A stretch of 64,000 nucleotides of DNA from Eubacteriales bacterium (lineage in GTDB: Bacteria > Bacillota > Clostridia > Lachnospirales > Lachnospiraceae). Every line of letters begins with the position of its first letter. Positions within the stretch are counted from its first letter, which is position 1. Under the pieces are notes generated by a model. It was not told the origin of the DNA. It searched no databases and worked only from the letters and a program-made list of their open reading frames with translations. Positions 36,856 to 46,773 of this stretch are shown piece after piece. The DNA lies in the NCBI GenBank assembly GCA_030533385.1, contig JAUNJG010000007.1:638-64637 (forward strand). Reading direction: 5' to 3'. The translations under genes and the position numbers were made by a program.

Positions 36856-39800
36856 ATGACCAGGCGCAGGCCAACAAAGAGTATAGACGATTGGTGGGAA
36901 CATAAGTTGAAAGAAAAAGTAGATTTCACAGAAGAGATAAATGAAACAGAAACTCCGGTTCTTGGGATTTCCGTCACGAACCTGGAAATTACCGTGGAGG
37001 AAGGCAAAGTATACAAAGGCTCCTTTGTCGTGGAGAGCCGCGGTAAAGTGCCGGTGCGGGGAATCGTTCGCTCTACCAATGACAAGGTGGGGCTGGAAAC
37101 AGAAGAGTTTGAGGGCGTCCGGACGGAGATCTCCTATTATTTTAAAGGGAAGCTGGCGACGGCGGGCAATGAATTTGAGGGGGATTTTCTTTTGATTACG
37201 GACGGCGGAGAATACAACATCCCCTACCGTATTCTTGTCGTGCCTACCTCGGTGGACACCTCTGTCGGGGAGATCTCCAACATGGAGGACTTTACAAAAC
37301 TATATTATGAAAATAGGCAGGAAGCGATGGAGCTGTTTTTCCTGCCTAATTTTGCCGATGTGTTTCTGCGGAACCTGCCGGAGCAAAAGGAGTTGTATCA
37401 CGGTCTGATGAAGAGCCGCTCCCGAAGCATGATTTTGGAGGAGTTTCTCTGTGCGGCAGGGTACAAGGAGCCGACCTGCCTGACGGTGGAGAAGGAGCAG
37501 ATTACCCTGGACGCAGGAAAGGAGCAGGAAAAGCTTGTCATTTCCCTGACCCAGAAAGGGTACGTTGAGGGAAAAATCAAGGCGGAAAAAGGGCAGGTTA
37601 CCCTTTCTGTCGGCGCTTTTACCAGCGAAGATTTCGCCGAAGGGCGTCTGGAACTGATTCTGGAGAAGAACCACAATTACACGATGGGAAGCGATGTCAT
37701 TCGCATCGTCACCATGCGCCAGGAGATAGCGGTTCGCGTGGAATGGTGGGGGACGCTGCCGGAGTACACGAAGGAGAGAGAGAAAAAGAGCGGGCTGAAA
37801 AAGCAGAGAGCGGAGCTGATGCACAACTATCTTTCCTTCCGCACGGGGAGCATTGGCTTTGAAGATTTTGCCGACGAGGCGGTTCGGGGATTGGAAGAGC
37901 TGTCCCGCCGGAGCGGAGAAGTGGAGTGGAAGCTTTATCTGTTGCAGATTTTTATGATGGAAGAGCGGCAGGAAGAGGCGAAGGAATTGTTTGAGGCCAT
38001 GGAGGCGAAGGAAGGGGAGCAGGCCTTCTCTCCGCTGCTGCACAATTATTTTCTCTATCTGAAAGCGCTGTTGCTGAGAACGCCGGAGAGCATTTCTGCG
38101 GCCGTCCTTTCTATTCGGGAGTTTTACGAGGCGTCCGAGCGCAAGGCAGAGGCACTCTGGATGCTCATTTATCTGGACAGAGAGTATGTGTACAACAAAC
38201 GCCTTCGGTATGATACGATAAAACAGCTGTTTCAGCAGGGAGAAAACAGTAGTCTTCTATACTTTGAAGCCTGTGATCTGCTCAATGACAATCCGGATTA
38301 TATGGAGGAACTTGGCTCCTTTGAAATCAGCGTGTTCCGGTGGGGCGTGCGCTACGGCTATGTCTCCATGTCCCTGGCCTATCAGTTTGCAAGGCTTGCG
38401 TTGAAAGCAAAATATTTTAGTAAGGCGGTGTATCACATTGCTGAAAAACTGTATCAGGTGGAACCGGACGAAAGATTTTTGCAAGTGATTTGTTCCCTTC
38501 TCATCAAGGGAAATCGACATGGGAGAGAATATCATGGATATTTTCGTCAGGCGGTGGAGGCCAATCTGAAAATCATCGGCCTGAACGAATTTTTTATCCG
38601 AAGCATGGATTTTTCGGAATACGAGGTGATTCCACATCGGGTACTCATCTATTTCACTTACAGCAACAGCCTTGATTCCACGGAAAAGGCGTACCTGTAC
38701 TCGAACGTGCTGGAAAATAAAACGTTTTATGACGAAGTGTACGGCGCTTACTATGCGAAGATGCTGCCTTTTGTGGAAGAACAGCTGTTAAAAGGCCGGA
38801 TGAACGAACATCTTGCCTATCTTTACAGTTATTTCCAGAAAGAAATTTTGGAAAAGCCGGCCAACACGAAGGCGGTCTGTGACATCTTATTTTACCAGAA
38901 GCTGACCTGTCTGAACAAAAACATGATTGGGGTTTATGTGGCAAGGCCGGAGACCGGGGAGGAAACCTACTATCCCCTCGCCGGCGGCATCTGCTATGTG
39001 GAGATTCCAAACGGCAGAACCATCCTCTATTTTGTGGACAGTCGGGAGCAGCGGTATGTCACCGGAATCGACTGCGAAAAAGAGCCGTTCCTTTTGACGG
39101 AACAGTTTCCGAAAGGCTGGCTGCAAAAAAATATGGGAAATAAAAAAATCCTTCTCGCCCTTTCCTACAAGGTGGATGGCGACATCCGGGAGAGTGACCT
39201 GCCGGTGCTTCAAAAGGTCGCCTTTCAGGACGGATATCAGCCGTGGATACGGATGAGGGCGGCGGAAAAACTGCTCATTTACTACGAGGGGCATCAGAGA
39301 AAGGAAGAGCTGGCAATCTGGCTGGAGAGAATGGATTATTCCAATGTGTCCGCCGGATTTAGAAAGCGGCTGATGGATTTTTACATGGAAGTCGGCATGA
39401 TGGAAGAAGCTTACTTTGGCATTGAACTTTACGGCTGTGGCATCATGGGTGCGGCCAAGCGGTTGAAGCTGGCTTCCTTCGGCGTCGTCCACAGCGGGGG
39501 AAATCTGGATGAGACTACCCTCTCCCTTGCCTACTCCGCTTTTGTGAGCAAAAAATATAACAGAGATACCCTCTCTTATCTGATGAGACATTTTGAGGGA
39601 GAGACGGAGGATTTTTTGCTTATCTGGGAGCGAAGTCGCAAATTTGGGCTTGACACCACGGATTTTGAAAAGAAGATGTTGAGGCAGAGCATGTTTACGG
39701 GAAATGACACCGACGGTCTGTTCGCCGTCCTGGAATCACTCTGCGGTGCGGAGCAGGAGAGGGAGATGACCGGGGAGTATCTGCGCTATCTGTCCGAGAG

Positions 39801-40404
39801 GGAGAGACAGGGACTGGTGGAACTGCCCGCTTCTGTCCACGTCATGATCGGCGAGGAAATTCTGGCGGGAAGAATCAGGGACCAGGAGGCCCAGCTTCAT
39901 TTCCTCTGGTATTTTGCGGATAAGGAGCCGTGGAAGGCGAAGATTCGAGAGACCGCCGTGATGCTCATCCATCGTTTTTTGAGAGAAGAACTGTACTTGC
40001 CGGTATTTTATGCGTACCGGGATTGGGTGAGCTTTCCGGCGCAGTATGTGGAGAAAACCTTTTTGACCTACCGGGGAAGCCGGGGAAGCAATGTGGTGCT
40101 TTATTATCAGATTGAGGGAGAAGAAGAGCGCACGAGAAAGTGCAGGCTGGAAGAGTTTTTGCCGGGCATCTACGTTTGTTCCATGCATTTTTATCAAAAT
40201 GACCATGTGAATTATCGTCTGGAAGAAAATGAAGCTCTCGTGGAAGACGAGAGTCGTCTTTCCTTTGAGACATTTGAATATGAAGGAGAGGAGAGCCGGT
40301 TCTTTGCCCTGAATCATTTTGGAGGGGAAGACTGGAATCAAGAAGAATTTGAGTATTATCTAAAGAAAGCCTACTTTGCAGAGCATGTCATGGGTATGCT
40401 GTGA
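36856..40404 (+). CDS. Large (about 1180 aa) protein of unknown function with an N-terminal beta-rich module followed by an extended region that looks helical from its composition
   Basis: The ORF is uninterrupted. The ATG at 36856 is preceded by AGAGAGGG, and the longest frame starts at 36802. Residues ~40-150 look like a beta-sandwich (LEITVEEGKVYKGSFVVESRG...GDFLLITDGGEYNIPYRILVVP). The rest looks helical-repeat-like by composition. I see no TM segment, signal peptide or catalytic motif. Confidence 0.6.
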   Translation: MTRRRPTKSIDDWWEHKLKEKVDFTEEINETETPVLGISVTNLEITVEEGKVYKGSFVVESRGKVPVRGIVRSTNDKVGLETEEFEGVRTEISYYFKGKLATAGNEFEGDFLLITDGGEYNIPYRILVVPTSVDTSVGEISNMEDFTKLYYENRQEAMELFFLPNFADVFLRNLPEQKELYHGLMKSRSRSMILEEFLCAAGYKEPTCLTVEKEQITLDAGKEQEKLVISLTQKGYVEGKIKAEKGQVTLSVGAFTSEDFAEGRLELILEKNHNYTMGSDVIRIVTMRQEIAVRVEWWGTLPEYTKEREKKSGLKKQRAELMHNYLSFRTGSIGFEDFADEAVRGLEELSRRSGEVEWKLYLLQIFMMEERQEEAKELFEAMEAKEGEQAFSPLLHNYFLYLKALLLRTPESISAAVLSIREFYEASERKAEALWMLIYLDREYVYNKRLRYDTIKQLFQQGENSSLLYFEACDLLNDNPDYMEELGSFEISVFRWGVRYGYVSMSLAYQFARLALKAKYFSKAVYHIAEKLYQVEPDERFLQVICSLLIKGNRHGREYHGYFRQAVEANLKIIGLNEFFIRSMDFSEYEVIPHRVLIYFTYSNSLDSTEKAYLYSNVLENKTFYDEVYGAYYAKMLPFVEEQLLKGRMNEHLAYLYSYFQKEILEKPANTKAVCDILFYQKLTCLNKNMIGVYVARPETGEETYYPLAGGICYVEIPNGRTILYFVDSREQRYVTGIDCEKEPFLLTEQFPKGWLQKNMGNKKILLALSYKVDGDIRESDLPVLQKVAFQDGYQPWIRMRAAEKLLIYYEGHQRKEELAIWLERMDYSNVSAGFRKRLMDFYMEVGMMEEAYFGIELYGCGIMGAAKRLKLASFGVVHSGGNLDETTLSLAYSAFVSKKYNRDTLSYLMRHFEGETEDFLLIWERSRKFGLDTTDFEKKMLRQSMFTGNDTDGLFAVLESLCGAEQEREMTGEYLRYLSERERQGLVELPASVHVMIGEEILAGRIRDQEAQLHFLWYFADKEPWKAKIRETAVMLIHRFLREELYLPVFYAYRDWVSFPAQYVEKTFLTYRGSRGSNVVLYYQIEGEEERTRKCRLEEFLPGIYVCSMHFYQNDHVNYRLEENEALVEDESRLSFETFEYEGEESRFFALNHFGGEDWNQEEFEYYLKKAYFAEHVMGML

Positions 40405-40454
40405 GGAGCCGGACGCAGACATTGACAACAGGAAAGAGCCTTTTAGGGGGATTT

Positions 40455-41558
40455 ATGGGAGAACTAGAAACTAGGAAATATATCGGCATTGATATTGGAA
40501 AAGATTCTGTGCAGCTGAGCATTTACGAAGAATCCGGGGCGGAGATGAGGGAGGAGAGTTTTCCGGTTCCGCCGGATGAGAGAGAGGATTGCATTGCTTT
40601 TGCCATGAACATGGCAGAAAAGTACATGGAATGTAACGGGCTGGCATGGACGGATTTTCAGGATGTGAATTTTACGATGGAGGACACCTCCGAGGCGTGC
40701 CGCAAGCAGCTTGGTTCCCTCCTGAAAGAGGAGGTAAAAGAGCGTTTCGGACTTCGGGTCATGACCCGGTTCAGAGCTTTCGTGGAGTATGTTTTTCACC
40801 AGGAAAGAGCAGTGTGGGACAGAAGCACCCTCCTTCTTGACTACAGGGAGAACACCCTTCGATATATTCTGGCAGACCAGATTCGTCCATCCAGGCAAAA
40901 GGCATACCGGGCGGTGATAAAAGAGCTGGATCTGACCCAGTATGAGATTTATGCGGAGGATGAAAATAAAGACTATGCCTTCAGCAAAATGATGAAACAG
41001 TTTCTCGTAAAAAATCCGGCCCACATCATTTTCCTGACCGGAAAAGGATTTGAGGGGAACTGGATGAAGAAGACACTGACCTATCTTTGCGCCGGGCGGA
41101 GGGTCTTTCTCGGACAAAATCTTTACGCCAACGGCGCCTGTCTCAGAGGAACCGGGGTGATTCCTCTGATGAAGGAAGGGATGCTCTTGATGCAGGGGCC
41201 GGAGATGGTGTATCATACCATCGGCGTCGTGAGTCAGGAGGCCGGGAAGGCGAAATATGTGCCGATTACATCCATCGGCCGGGAGTGGTATAACACGAGG
41301 GGTACGATGGATATCATTTTAGATAAGAGCCAGAAGGTAGAGTTCTTTTATCACAACACGAAGGAAAATGAGATGGAATGTTCTTCCTGTGAGATAAAAG
41401 AGCTTCCGGCCAGGCCGCCGAAAACGACGAGAATCCGCATTGAGGTGCAGTTTACCTCGGAGACAGAGGGTGTGATTTTACTGAAGGATTTGGGGTTTGG
41501 GACGATGTTTCCGGCGACGGGAAAGGTGACGGTGTTCCCCTTTTCCCTGATTTCATAG
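40455..41558 (+). CDS. Divergent Hsp70/actin-fold (ASKHA) protein with degenerate phosphate-binding loops and a short beta-rich C-terminal domain
   Basis: The landmark order matches Hsp70: YIGIDIGKDS, LLLDYRENT, IIFLTGKGFEGNW, GQNLYANGACL, then IRIEVQFTSETEGVILLKDLG. The start is ambiguous. The ATG at 40455 has AGGGGGA 4 nt upstream. A GTG at 40401 forms a GTGA overlap with the upstream stop. Confidence 0.5.
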   Translation: MGELETRKYIGIDIGKDSVQLSIYEESGAEMREESFPVPPDEREDCIAFAMNMAEKYMECNGLAWTDFQDVNFTMEDTSEACRKQLGSLLKEEVKERFGLRVMTRFRAFVEYVFHQERAVWDRSTLLLDYRENTLRYILADQIRPSRQKAYRAVIKELDLTQYEIYAEDENKDYAFSKMMKQFLVKNPAHIIFLTGKGFEGNWMKKTLTYLCAGRRVFLGQNLYANGACLRGTGVIPLMKEGMLLMQGPEMVYHTIGVVSQEAGKAKYVPITSIGREWYNTRGTMDIILDKSQKVEFFYHNTKENEMECSSCEIKELPARPPKTTRIRIEVQFTSETEGVILLKDLGFGTMFPATGKVTVFPFSLIS

Positions 41559-41571
41559 CGGGAGGAAGATT

Positions 41572-42453
41572 ATGCGAGAAACAATCATATGCATCGGCAG
41601 AACGGCAGAAAAGCCGTACTGTTTTCCGGAGACGGGAATCAGCGTCTCCTCCTATGAGGAAATATGCTATTATTTTAGCAATTACATGATTTGTTATCTT
41701 TACACTCTGCCGGAGGAGGAGTTTTTGTACTTTATCAGGGAGGAGCTTGGCCTTGACAAACTGTACCGGCAGCTTGTAAAGCTGACAGATGCGGACAGGG
41801 ATCAGATGAAATATTTTTCTGCCCTGTTTCGCGAAGGAAGCTATTTTTCCGAAGATGAGATTCGCCGGATACTGGACGAGTACCGGAATCTGAAGAACCT
41901 TCCCTATTCTTTGCAGAGCAAGAGGCTGGGGGACGTGTACCTTCGGGCAGGAAGAGCCTCCATGGCGATTCACTGTTATGGGGAAGCTCTGAAGCAGGGG
42001 GAGCTGGAAGGGAAGGAGGCCGGGGCGGTCTGCCATAACCGGGGAATCGCTCTCGCCCGTCTCTTTCGCTTTCACGACGCAAAAATACAGTTTGTAAAAG
42101 CGTACCAGCATGGAGGAGAGGAAGAATCGCTTTTTTGCTATTATTGCATGATTGCCCTCACGGAAGGATTGGAGAAGGCGCGGCGGGAGCTGGAAGGGTT
42201 TCAGGTGTCGGAGCTGTCGCAGGAGGCTTTTGAAAGCCGTTTTGCGGAGGCGAACGAAGCCTTCGATTACAGTGAGGAGGCAGTGAGAGAAGAAAAGCTG
42301 CGCTTTCTCATGGAAAACGGAAAAGAGGAGGAAGGCGGACTGCTGTACAAAAAGACAGTGAGGGATTTTCAAAAAGCATTTCGGAGAGAGCTGGATGTGG
42401 ATGAAAATCTGCTGACGGTCAATGTACCTGTTCCCAGGAGCGACGCTCCCTGA
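41572..42453 (+). CDS. TPR-like repeat protein of unknown function
   Basis: SD GGGAGGAAG lies 4 nt before the ATG. TPR-like helices are present (LGDVYLRAGRASMAIHCYGEALKQ...VCHNRGIALARLFRFHDAKIQFVKAYQ). The start is 13 nt after the upstream stop. Confidence 0.55.
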   Translation: MRETIICIGRTAEKPYCFPETGISVSSYEEICYYFSNYMICYLYTLPEEEFLYFIREELGLDKLYRQLVKLTDADRDQMKYFSALFREGSYFSEDEIRRILDEYRNLKNLPYSLQSKRLGDVYLRAGRASMAIHCYGEALKQGELEGKEAGAVCHNRGIALARLFRFHDAKIQFVKAYQHGGEEESLFCYYCMIALTEGLEKARRELEGFQVSELSQEAFESRFAEANEAFDYSEEAVREEKLRFLMENGKEEEGGLLYKKTVRDFQKAFRRELDVDENLLTVNVPVPRSDAP

Positions 42454-42462
42454 TTTTTCAGA

Positions 42463-42504
42463 GGACATTCCCGGGAGATCCGGGCGGAGGAGAGTCCCTT
42501 TTTT
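42463..42504 (+). terminator. Weak terminator-like hairpin plus T6 between the TPR gene and valS
   Basis: An inner stem CCCGG (42470-42474) / CCGGG (42480-42484) and an outer stem GGAC (42463-42466) / GTCC (42494-42497) are followed by TTTTTT (42499-42504). Confidence 0.35.
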
Positions 42505-42546
42505 ATGAAAAGATATCACTTAACAATTGCAGGAGGAAATAATTTC

Positions 42547-45189
42547 ATGGCAACAGAAATGAATAAAACTTACAATCCATCTGAGATAGAAGACAGGCTT
42601 TATCAAAAATGGATGGATAAAAAATATTTTCATGCGGAGATAGATCGCAGTAAAAAACCCTTTACCATCGTGATGCCGCCGCCAAACATCACCGGGCAGC
42701 TTCACATGGGACACGCCCTGGATAACACGCTGCAAGATATCCTCATTCGCTTTAAAAGGATGCAGGGATACAATGCCCTCTGGCAGCCGGGCACGGATCA
42801 CGCCAGCATTGCCACGGAAGTCAAGGTCATTGAAAAGCTGAAAGAAGAGGGCATCGAAAAAGAAGATCTGGGCAGGGAAGGATTTTTGAAACGTACCTGG
42901 GAGTGGAGAGAGGAATACGGCGGACGCATCGTCAGCCAGCTGAAGAAGCTGGGTTCTTCCGCCGACTGGGACAGAGAGCGTTTCACCCTCGATGAGGGGT
43001 GTTCCAAGGCGGTGGAAGAAGTCTTCATTAAGTTGTATGAGAAAGGCTACATCTACAAAGGTTCCCGCATCATCAACTGGTGTCCGGTCTGCCAGACTTC
43101 CATCTCCGACGCTGAGGTGGAATATGAGGATCAGAACGGACATTTCTGGCACATCAATTATCCGATCATTGGCACGGATAAACAGATTGAGATTGCCACC
43201 ACCCGCCCGGAGACCATGCTGGGCGATACGGCCATCGCCGTTCATCCGGAGGATGAGCGATACAAAGATCTGGTTGGAAAAATGGTGCTTTTGCCAATCG
43301 TGGGCAGGGAGATTCCAATCGTGGCCGACGCATATGTAGACAAGGAATTCGGAACGGGAGCCGTGAAGATTACCCCGGCTCATGATCCTAACGATTTTGA
43401 GGTGGGAAGACGTCACGGCCTGGAAGAAATCAACGTGATGAACGATGACGGAACCATCAATGAAAACGGCGGAAAGTTTGCGGGCATGGACCGCTATGAG
43501 GCAAGAAAGGCCATTGTGGCGCAGCTGGAAGAAGAAGGATTCCTTGTGAAGGTGGAACCGCACAGTCACAACGTGGGAACCCATGACCGCTGCCACTCCA
43601 CTGTGGAGCCGATGGTGAAACAGCAGTGGTTTGTCCGCATGGAGGAGCTGGCAAAACCGGCCATCGAAGCGGTGAAAAACGGAGAGCTGAGATTTGTGCC
43701 GGAGCATTTTGACCGCACCTATTTGCACTGGCTGGAAAATATCAGAGACTGGTGTATTTCCAGACAGCTTTGGTGGGGACACCGGATTCCGGCCTACTAC
43801 TGCGAGCAGTGTGGAGAGATCGTAGTTGCAAGGGAAAAGCCGGAGGTGTGTCCAAAATGCGGCTGCACCCACCTGGTGCAGGATGAGGACACCCTGGACA
43901 CCTGGTTTAGTTCGGCGCTGTGGCCGTTTTCCACGTTGGGATGGCCGGAGAAGACAGAAGATTTGGAATATTTTTATCCGACCAGTGTGCTGGTGACCGG
44001 CTACGACATTATTTTCTTCTGGGTCATCCGTATGGTATTTTCCGGCTATGAACACACCGGCAAATCCCCGTTCCAGGATGTGCTGATTCACGGTCTGGTA
44101 AGAGATGAGCAGGGGCGGAAGATGAGTAAGTCTTTGGGCAATGGCATTGATCCGCTGGAGGTTATCGAGCAGTACGGCGCCGACGCCCTGCGTCTTACGC
44201 TTGTAACGGGAAATGCGCCGGGCAATGATATGCGCTTTTCTGAGAAGAAAATCATTGCCAGCCGAAATTTTGCCAACAAAGTGTGGAATGCGTCCCGCTT
44301 CATGCTCATGAATATAGAAAAGGCAGAGTTGAGCGACGTTTCCCTGGATTCCCTGACGGCGGCGGACAAGTGGATCTTATCCAAGGCCAACACGCTGGTA
44401 AAAGAAGTGACGGAAAACATGGAAAACTACGATTTGGGCATCGCCGTGGCAAAGCTCTATGATTTCATCTGGGAGGAATTTTGCGACTGGTACATCGAGA
44501 TGGTAAAACCAAGGCTGTACAACGACGAGGATGAGACGAAGGCGGCGGCCCTCTACACGTTAAAATATGTGCTGACCATTGCGCTGAAGCTTCTTCACCC
44601 ATATATGCCGTTCCTCACCGAAGAAATTTTTTGCAGTATGCAGGAGGAGGAAGAATCCATCATGGTATCCCGGTGGCCGGAATTTAAAGAGGAGTTTAAT
44701 TTTAAGGCCGAGGAACATGAGGTGGAAACCATCAAGACAGCAGTGAGAAACATCCGTAATCTCCGGGCGGACATGAACGTGCCGCCGAGCAAAAAAGCCA
44801 CGGTGTATGTGGTATCGGAGCAGCGGGAGATCAGAGAGATCTTCGAGCGTTCCCGGGTATTTTTTGCCACCCTGGGATATGCCAGTGAAGTGTATGTGCA
44901 GGCCGATAAGGACGGCATTGCCGAGGATGCGGTGTCCACGGTGATTCCGGATGCTGTAATCTATCTTCCGTTCGCCGAGCTGGTGGATGTGGAAAAAGAA
45001 ATCGCCCGTCTGGAAAAGGAGGCGAAGCGCCTGTCAGGAGAAATCAAGCGGGCAAATGGTATGTTAAATAACCAGAAGTTTGTCAGCAAGGCCCCGGCGG
45101 ATAAGGTTGCCGCAGAAAAAGAAAAGCTAGAGAAGTATACGGCGATGGCAAAACAGGTGGAGGAGCGCCTGGGACAATTGAGGAAATAA
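42547..45189 (+). CDS. valS: Valine--tRNA ligase
   Basis: It has the class I motifs [15 protein letters not shown] and KMSKSLGN, an editing domain and a C-terminal coiled coil. SD AGGAGGAA precedes the ATG at 42547. Confidence 0.97.
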   Translation: MATEMNKTYNPSEIEDRLYQKWMDKKYFHAEIDRSKKPFTIVMPPPNITGQLHMGHALDNTLQDILIRFKRMQGYNALWQPGTDHASIATEVKVIEKLKEEGIEKEDLGREGFLKRTWEWREEYGGRIVSQLKKLGSSADWDRERFTLDEGCSKAVEEVFIKLYEKGYIYKGSRIINWCPVCQTSISDAEVEYEDQNGHFWHINYPIIGTDKQIEIATTRPETMLGDTAIAVHPEDERYKDLVGKMVLLPIVGREIPIVADAYVDKEFGTGAVKITPAHDPNDFEVGRRHGLEEINVMNDDGTINENGGKFAGMDRYEARKAIVAQLEEEGFLVKVEPHSHNVGTHDRCHSTVEPMVKQQWFVRMEELAKPAIEAVKNGELRFVPEHFDRTYLHWLENIRDWCISRQLWWGHRIPAYYCEQCGEIVVAREKPEVCPKCGCTHLVQDEDTLDTWFSSALWPFSTLGWPEKTEDLEYFYPTSVLVTGYDIIFFWVIRMVFSGYEHTGKSPFQDVLIHGLVRDEQGRKMSKSLGNGIDPLEVIEQYGADALRLTLVTGNAPGNDMRFSEKKIIASRNFANKVWNASRFMLMNIEKAELSDVSLDSLTAADKWILSKANTLVKEVTENMENYDLGIAVAKLYDFIWEEFCDWYIEMVKPRLYNDEDETKAAALYTLKYVLTIALKLLHPYMPFLTEEIFCSMQEEEESIMVSRWPEFKEEFNFKAEEHEVETIKTAVRNIRNLRADMNVPPSKKATVYVVSEQREIREIFERSRVFFATLGYASEVYVQADKDGIAEDAVSTVIPDAVIYLPFAELVDVEKEIARLEKEAKRLSGEIKRANGMLNNQKFVSKAPADKVAAEKEKLEKYTAMAKQVEERLGQLRK

Positions 45190-45480
45190 AGACTGTGAAC
45201 GCAGAAGAAGCAGTTCCCCTCTTCAAAGGTGCAGAACATCCAGTGGGAGTAGGAGACTCTTATTTCAGTGGGGGATGTGCCCCCTGCTGAAAGCTGCGAA
45301 GCAGCCTGCATTCATGAGCAGGTGGAGAAGCGGATTGCAAATGTCCGCTTTACCGGTAAGGGAAGAAGGCTGAGGATAGCCACCCGACAGGGGATAGTAG
45401 GGATGCCGACTGTTTTCCCGGAGGTTTTAGAGGTTTATAGGAGCTGCGTGAAGGAATTATGAATGTTTGAGGGGGTTGTT

Positions 45481-46773
45481 ATGACGATTGAGGAGCTGGA
45501 GGCGGAGATTTCTGCCGTTCCCCGGTTTGGCAGCGGGGCAGGTCTTGATAATCTGAAATTGTATTTGGAGAAAATGGGACATCCGGAGCGAAAGCTTCGG
45601 GTGATTCATGTGGCGGGAACCAACGGAAAAGGTTCTGTCTGTGCATATCTGGAATCGATCTTGCGGGAGGCAGGATATAAGACAGCACTGTTTACGTCTC
45701 CGCATCTCCTTTGCATAAATGAAAGATTTCGGATTAATTTTCAGATGTGCGGGGATGCACTTCTTGTGGACGCATGGAAAAAAGTGCGGTGCCTGATGGA
45801 GGAGCCAAAAGAAGGAAGGAAGCCGCTGACTTATTTTGAAATATTATTTTTGATGGGACTTTTGATTTTTGAGAAGGAAAAGCCGGATTATTGCATCATG
45901 GAGACCGGTCTTGGAGGTCGGCTGGACGCCACAGTGCTGACTGCTCCCGTACTGTCTGTCATCACCTCCATCAGTCTTGACCACACGGAGATACTGGGAG
46001 ATACCATCGAAAAAATTGCGGCGGAAAAAGCTGGAATCATCAAACCGGGCGTGCCGGTGGTGGCACTGGATGAAAAAAACGGAGCATTTACAGTAATTCG
46101 ACAGAAAGCAGTAAGACAACGTTCCCCTCTTTACAAAGTAGAATCCGAAAGTATAACAATTTCAAAAAAAACAGAGAATACGATTGATTTTTCCATCAGG
46201 AATCGTTATTATAGAGGTGATTCTTTGAGGATTCGAGGACATGCGGAGTATCAGGCGGAGAATGGAGGCCTGGCGGCAGTGGCTGCCAGAGTGCTGCTGC
46301 CGGATTTGACCGGGGACGTTTTGCAAAGAGGTCTTTTGGGCATGTTCTGGGAGGGAAGAATGGAAGAGGTGCTTCCCGGCGTGTATGTAGATGGCGCTCA
46401 TAATCCGGGTGCGGTCAGACAGGTATGCCGGATGGCCAGAAAGGGAAACGGCAGATGGAATCTGCTGTTTGCTGTGTGTGGGGATAAAGACTATTCCGAG
46501 ATGATACACATCCTGGCTTCCATTTCCTGGAAGAGAATATTCATTACAGGAACCGGACAGCAAAGAGGAGCGGACGTTTGGAAGATAGCGGAATGTTTCC
46601 GGAAAGAGACGGACGGTTTCCTGAGGATATATGAGCGACCGGAGCAGGCGCTGTCGGCTGCGCTAAAAGAAAAAAAAGAAGAAGAACGCCTTCTTTGTCT
46701 CGGCTCCCTTTATCTGGCAGGCGAGTTAAAAAGATGCGTCACATATAGATTGGAAAGTGAGGATTTATCATGA
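45481..46773 (+). CDS. folC: Folylpolyglutamate synthase / dihydrofolate synthase (Mur ligase family)
   Basis: The P-loop HVAGTNGKGS is present, with TSPHL...ETGLGGRLDAT...DGAHNP. The valS-folC order is the same as in Bacillus. Confidence 0.9.
   Translation: MTIEELEAEISAVPRFGSGAGLDNLKLYLEKMGHPERKLRVIHVAGTNGKGSVCAYLESILREAGYKTALFTSPHLLCINERFRINFQMCGDALLVDAWKKVRCLMEEPKEGRKPLTYFEILFLMGLLIFEKEKPDYCIMETGLGGRLDATVLTAPVLSVITSISLDHTEILGDTIEKIAAEKAGIIKPGVPVVALDEKNGAFTVIRQKAVRQRSPLYKVESESITISKKTENTIDFSIRNRYYRGDSLRIRGHAEYQAENGGLAAVAARVLLPDLTGDVLQRGLLGMFWEGRMEEVLPGVYVDGAHNPGAVRQVCRMARKGNGRWNLLFAVCGDKDYSEMIHILASISWKRIFITGTGQQRGADVWKIAECFRKETDGFLRIYERPEQALSAALKEKKEEERLLCLGSLYLAGELKRCVTYRLESEDLS

Noticed and set aside
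37300-42519. Several long minus-strand ORFs (247, 234, 201, 250 and 355 aa) opposite the unknown three-gene cluster. One is longer than the plus-strand TPR ORF, so I considered whether the minus strand is the coding strand.
   Set aside because: The plus strand has an uninterrupted frame of about 1200 codons, good SD sequences, tight or overlapping junctions and an ordered set of Hsp70-like motifs. The minus-strand frames are fragmented, are Leu/Arg/Phe/Gln/Pro-rich and poor in Asp/Glu, and lack SD sites.
42454-42546. A T-box leader upstream of valS, as found in Bacillus.
   Set aside because: Only about 94 nt separate the upstream stop from the valS start. No T-box sequence (AGGGTGGTACCGCG-like) or specifier-loop architecture is present.
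42520-44091. A 523-aa minus-strand ORF antisense to valS.
   Set aside because: The plus strand encodes an unmistakable class I ValRS (HMGH and KMSKS motifs). The antisense frame has the Leu/Arg/His/Phe-rich composition typical of the reverse complement of a real gene, and I recognise no motifs in it.
45268-45462. A 64-aa ORF inside the valS-folC spacer.
   Set aside because: It has no SD. It runs through strongly self-complementary sequence that is better explained as RNA structure, and its composition is not protein-like.
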